Made by a program: the position numbers and the translations under genes
Part shown: positions 63,301 through 64,000 of the stretch, piece by piece
How positions within the stretch are numbered: position 1 is the first letter of the stretch
How the letters are laid out: the number at the start of each line of letters is the position of its first letter
Notes under the pieces: model-generated
What the model was told of the DNA's origin: nothing
Seen by the model: the letters and a program-made list of their open reading frames with translations, nothing else
Databases searched by the model: none
Assembly: GCA_964247055.1 (NCBI GenBank)
Contig: OZ176052.1
Location: forward strand, 10,478,001 to 10,542,000
Direction: 5' to 3'
DNA length: 64,000 nt
From: Paragordius varius
Lineage: Eukaryota > Animalia > Nematomorpha

Positions 63301-64000
63301 TTTATGAAACCCGCTTTTGACATGAGAGAACTAACTTCTAATATAGGTAGCCATATAGGGATTTCTGAAACTATGTTTTATAATCAAACAACAAGAGCCC
63401 AAAATCAAATACCATGCACGCACTAAAATAAAGCTTCCTTCTAAAAATAAACCCCATAAAGGATCCATATTGAACCCCATCTTTTTAATAAATTCCTTTG
63501 CTGACGATTAATATTTATTATTTGTATTATTATTATATTTGAATGATAAATAATGTGTTCATAAATTATCGTTTTTTATTTCAGATCCATACAAGTTATC
63601 CCGCATATATGAAACAAATTTGCTCGATCAGTATATGGCAACCACCTCTTGCGATTTTGATAACCGAAATGTGGACATGAATGATCAAATTGATAATATG
63701 AAAATGGAACAAGACTCAACTAATGTCAATATTAACAGGGAAAAGGTTGCTGATGCATTACAACCAGTATACTCTTGCTACAATCATGCTACACAAAAGT
63801 TTTTCATTGTGAATCATCAAAAAGATATTGCATGTTTCGATGTACGAAACAAACGATGGGCCCAACGGGTATTTAGTTATGATTATTAATACTTTTTTCA
63901 AAATTTTAATGCCTAATAATCTGCAAAATTGGTAAATTTACAGTTTGTGGGCGAAATCGAAGAAATATGTGCGCTAAAACTCTTGAAATATCCAGAATGT
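60374..64000 (+). CDS. TBL3: Transducin beta-like protein 3 / U3 snoRNA-associated protein 13 (WD40, SSU processome), 5' part, runs off the window
   Basis: Exons 60374-60445, 60467-60562, 60588-60713, 60774-60931, 61009-61133, 61769-61850, 62640-62953, 63585-63868, 63944-64000+, all GT-AG and in phase. MSILKTNF..., IRLWDV...RSWK, IKIYDVENGYYTHQF, LTSHTAQITGL, SCAQDRLIILWDL and FVGEIEEI match the TBL3/Utp13 N-terminal propeller (comparison with the human sequence from memory). Confidence 0.85.
61205..61746 (-). mobile_element. piggyBac-like TTAA-flanked MITE in TBL3 intron 5, opposite orientation to the 29787 copy
   Basis: ttaa-CACTTGAATAC ... AATCGAAGTG-ttaa. Confidence 0.75.

Overview
AT-rich (roughly three-quarters A+T by eye) intron-containing genomic DNA from an invertebrate animal; the species cannot be named from the sequence. 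Most long ORFs in the supplied track are single exons or antisense shadows, so exon chains were rebuilt by hand with GT-AG and phase checks. Genes: (1) latrophilin/Cirl-type adhesion GPCR (+, 3878-17340; 21 exons, signal-peptide exon not found; ~730-aa Asn-rich tail); (2) convergent tropomodulin (-, 20726-34739; 15 exons, 754 aa, ~400-aa N-terminal extension, candidate alternative first and last exons); (3) ~90-aa secreted single-domain Kunitz inhibitor (-, 48537-48950); (4) 224-aa secreted trypsin-fold protein with all three catalytic residues replaced (-, 51900-54597), with a possible diverged paralogue upstream; (5) 5' part of TBL3/UTP13 (+, 60374 to window end), whose first two introns are only 21 and 25 nt. 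Intergenic DNA is rich in non-autonomous or decayed DNA transposons: a Helitron family (5 copies), piggyBac-like TTAA MITEs (4 loci), hAT elements (Charlie/Buster and Ac/ZBED types) and a three-level nest (Helitron > CAC-ended foldback > PIF/Harbinger). No rRNA, tRNA or CRISPR array was recognised. Strongest leads: the TBL3 micro-introns, the dead protease beside a Kunitz inhibitor, and the nested transposon complex.
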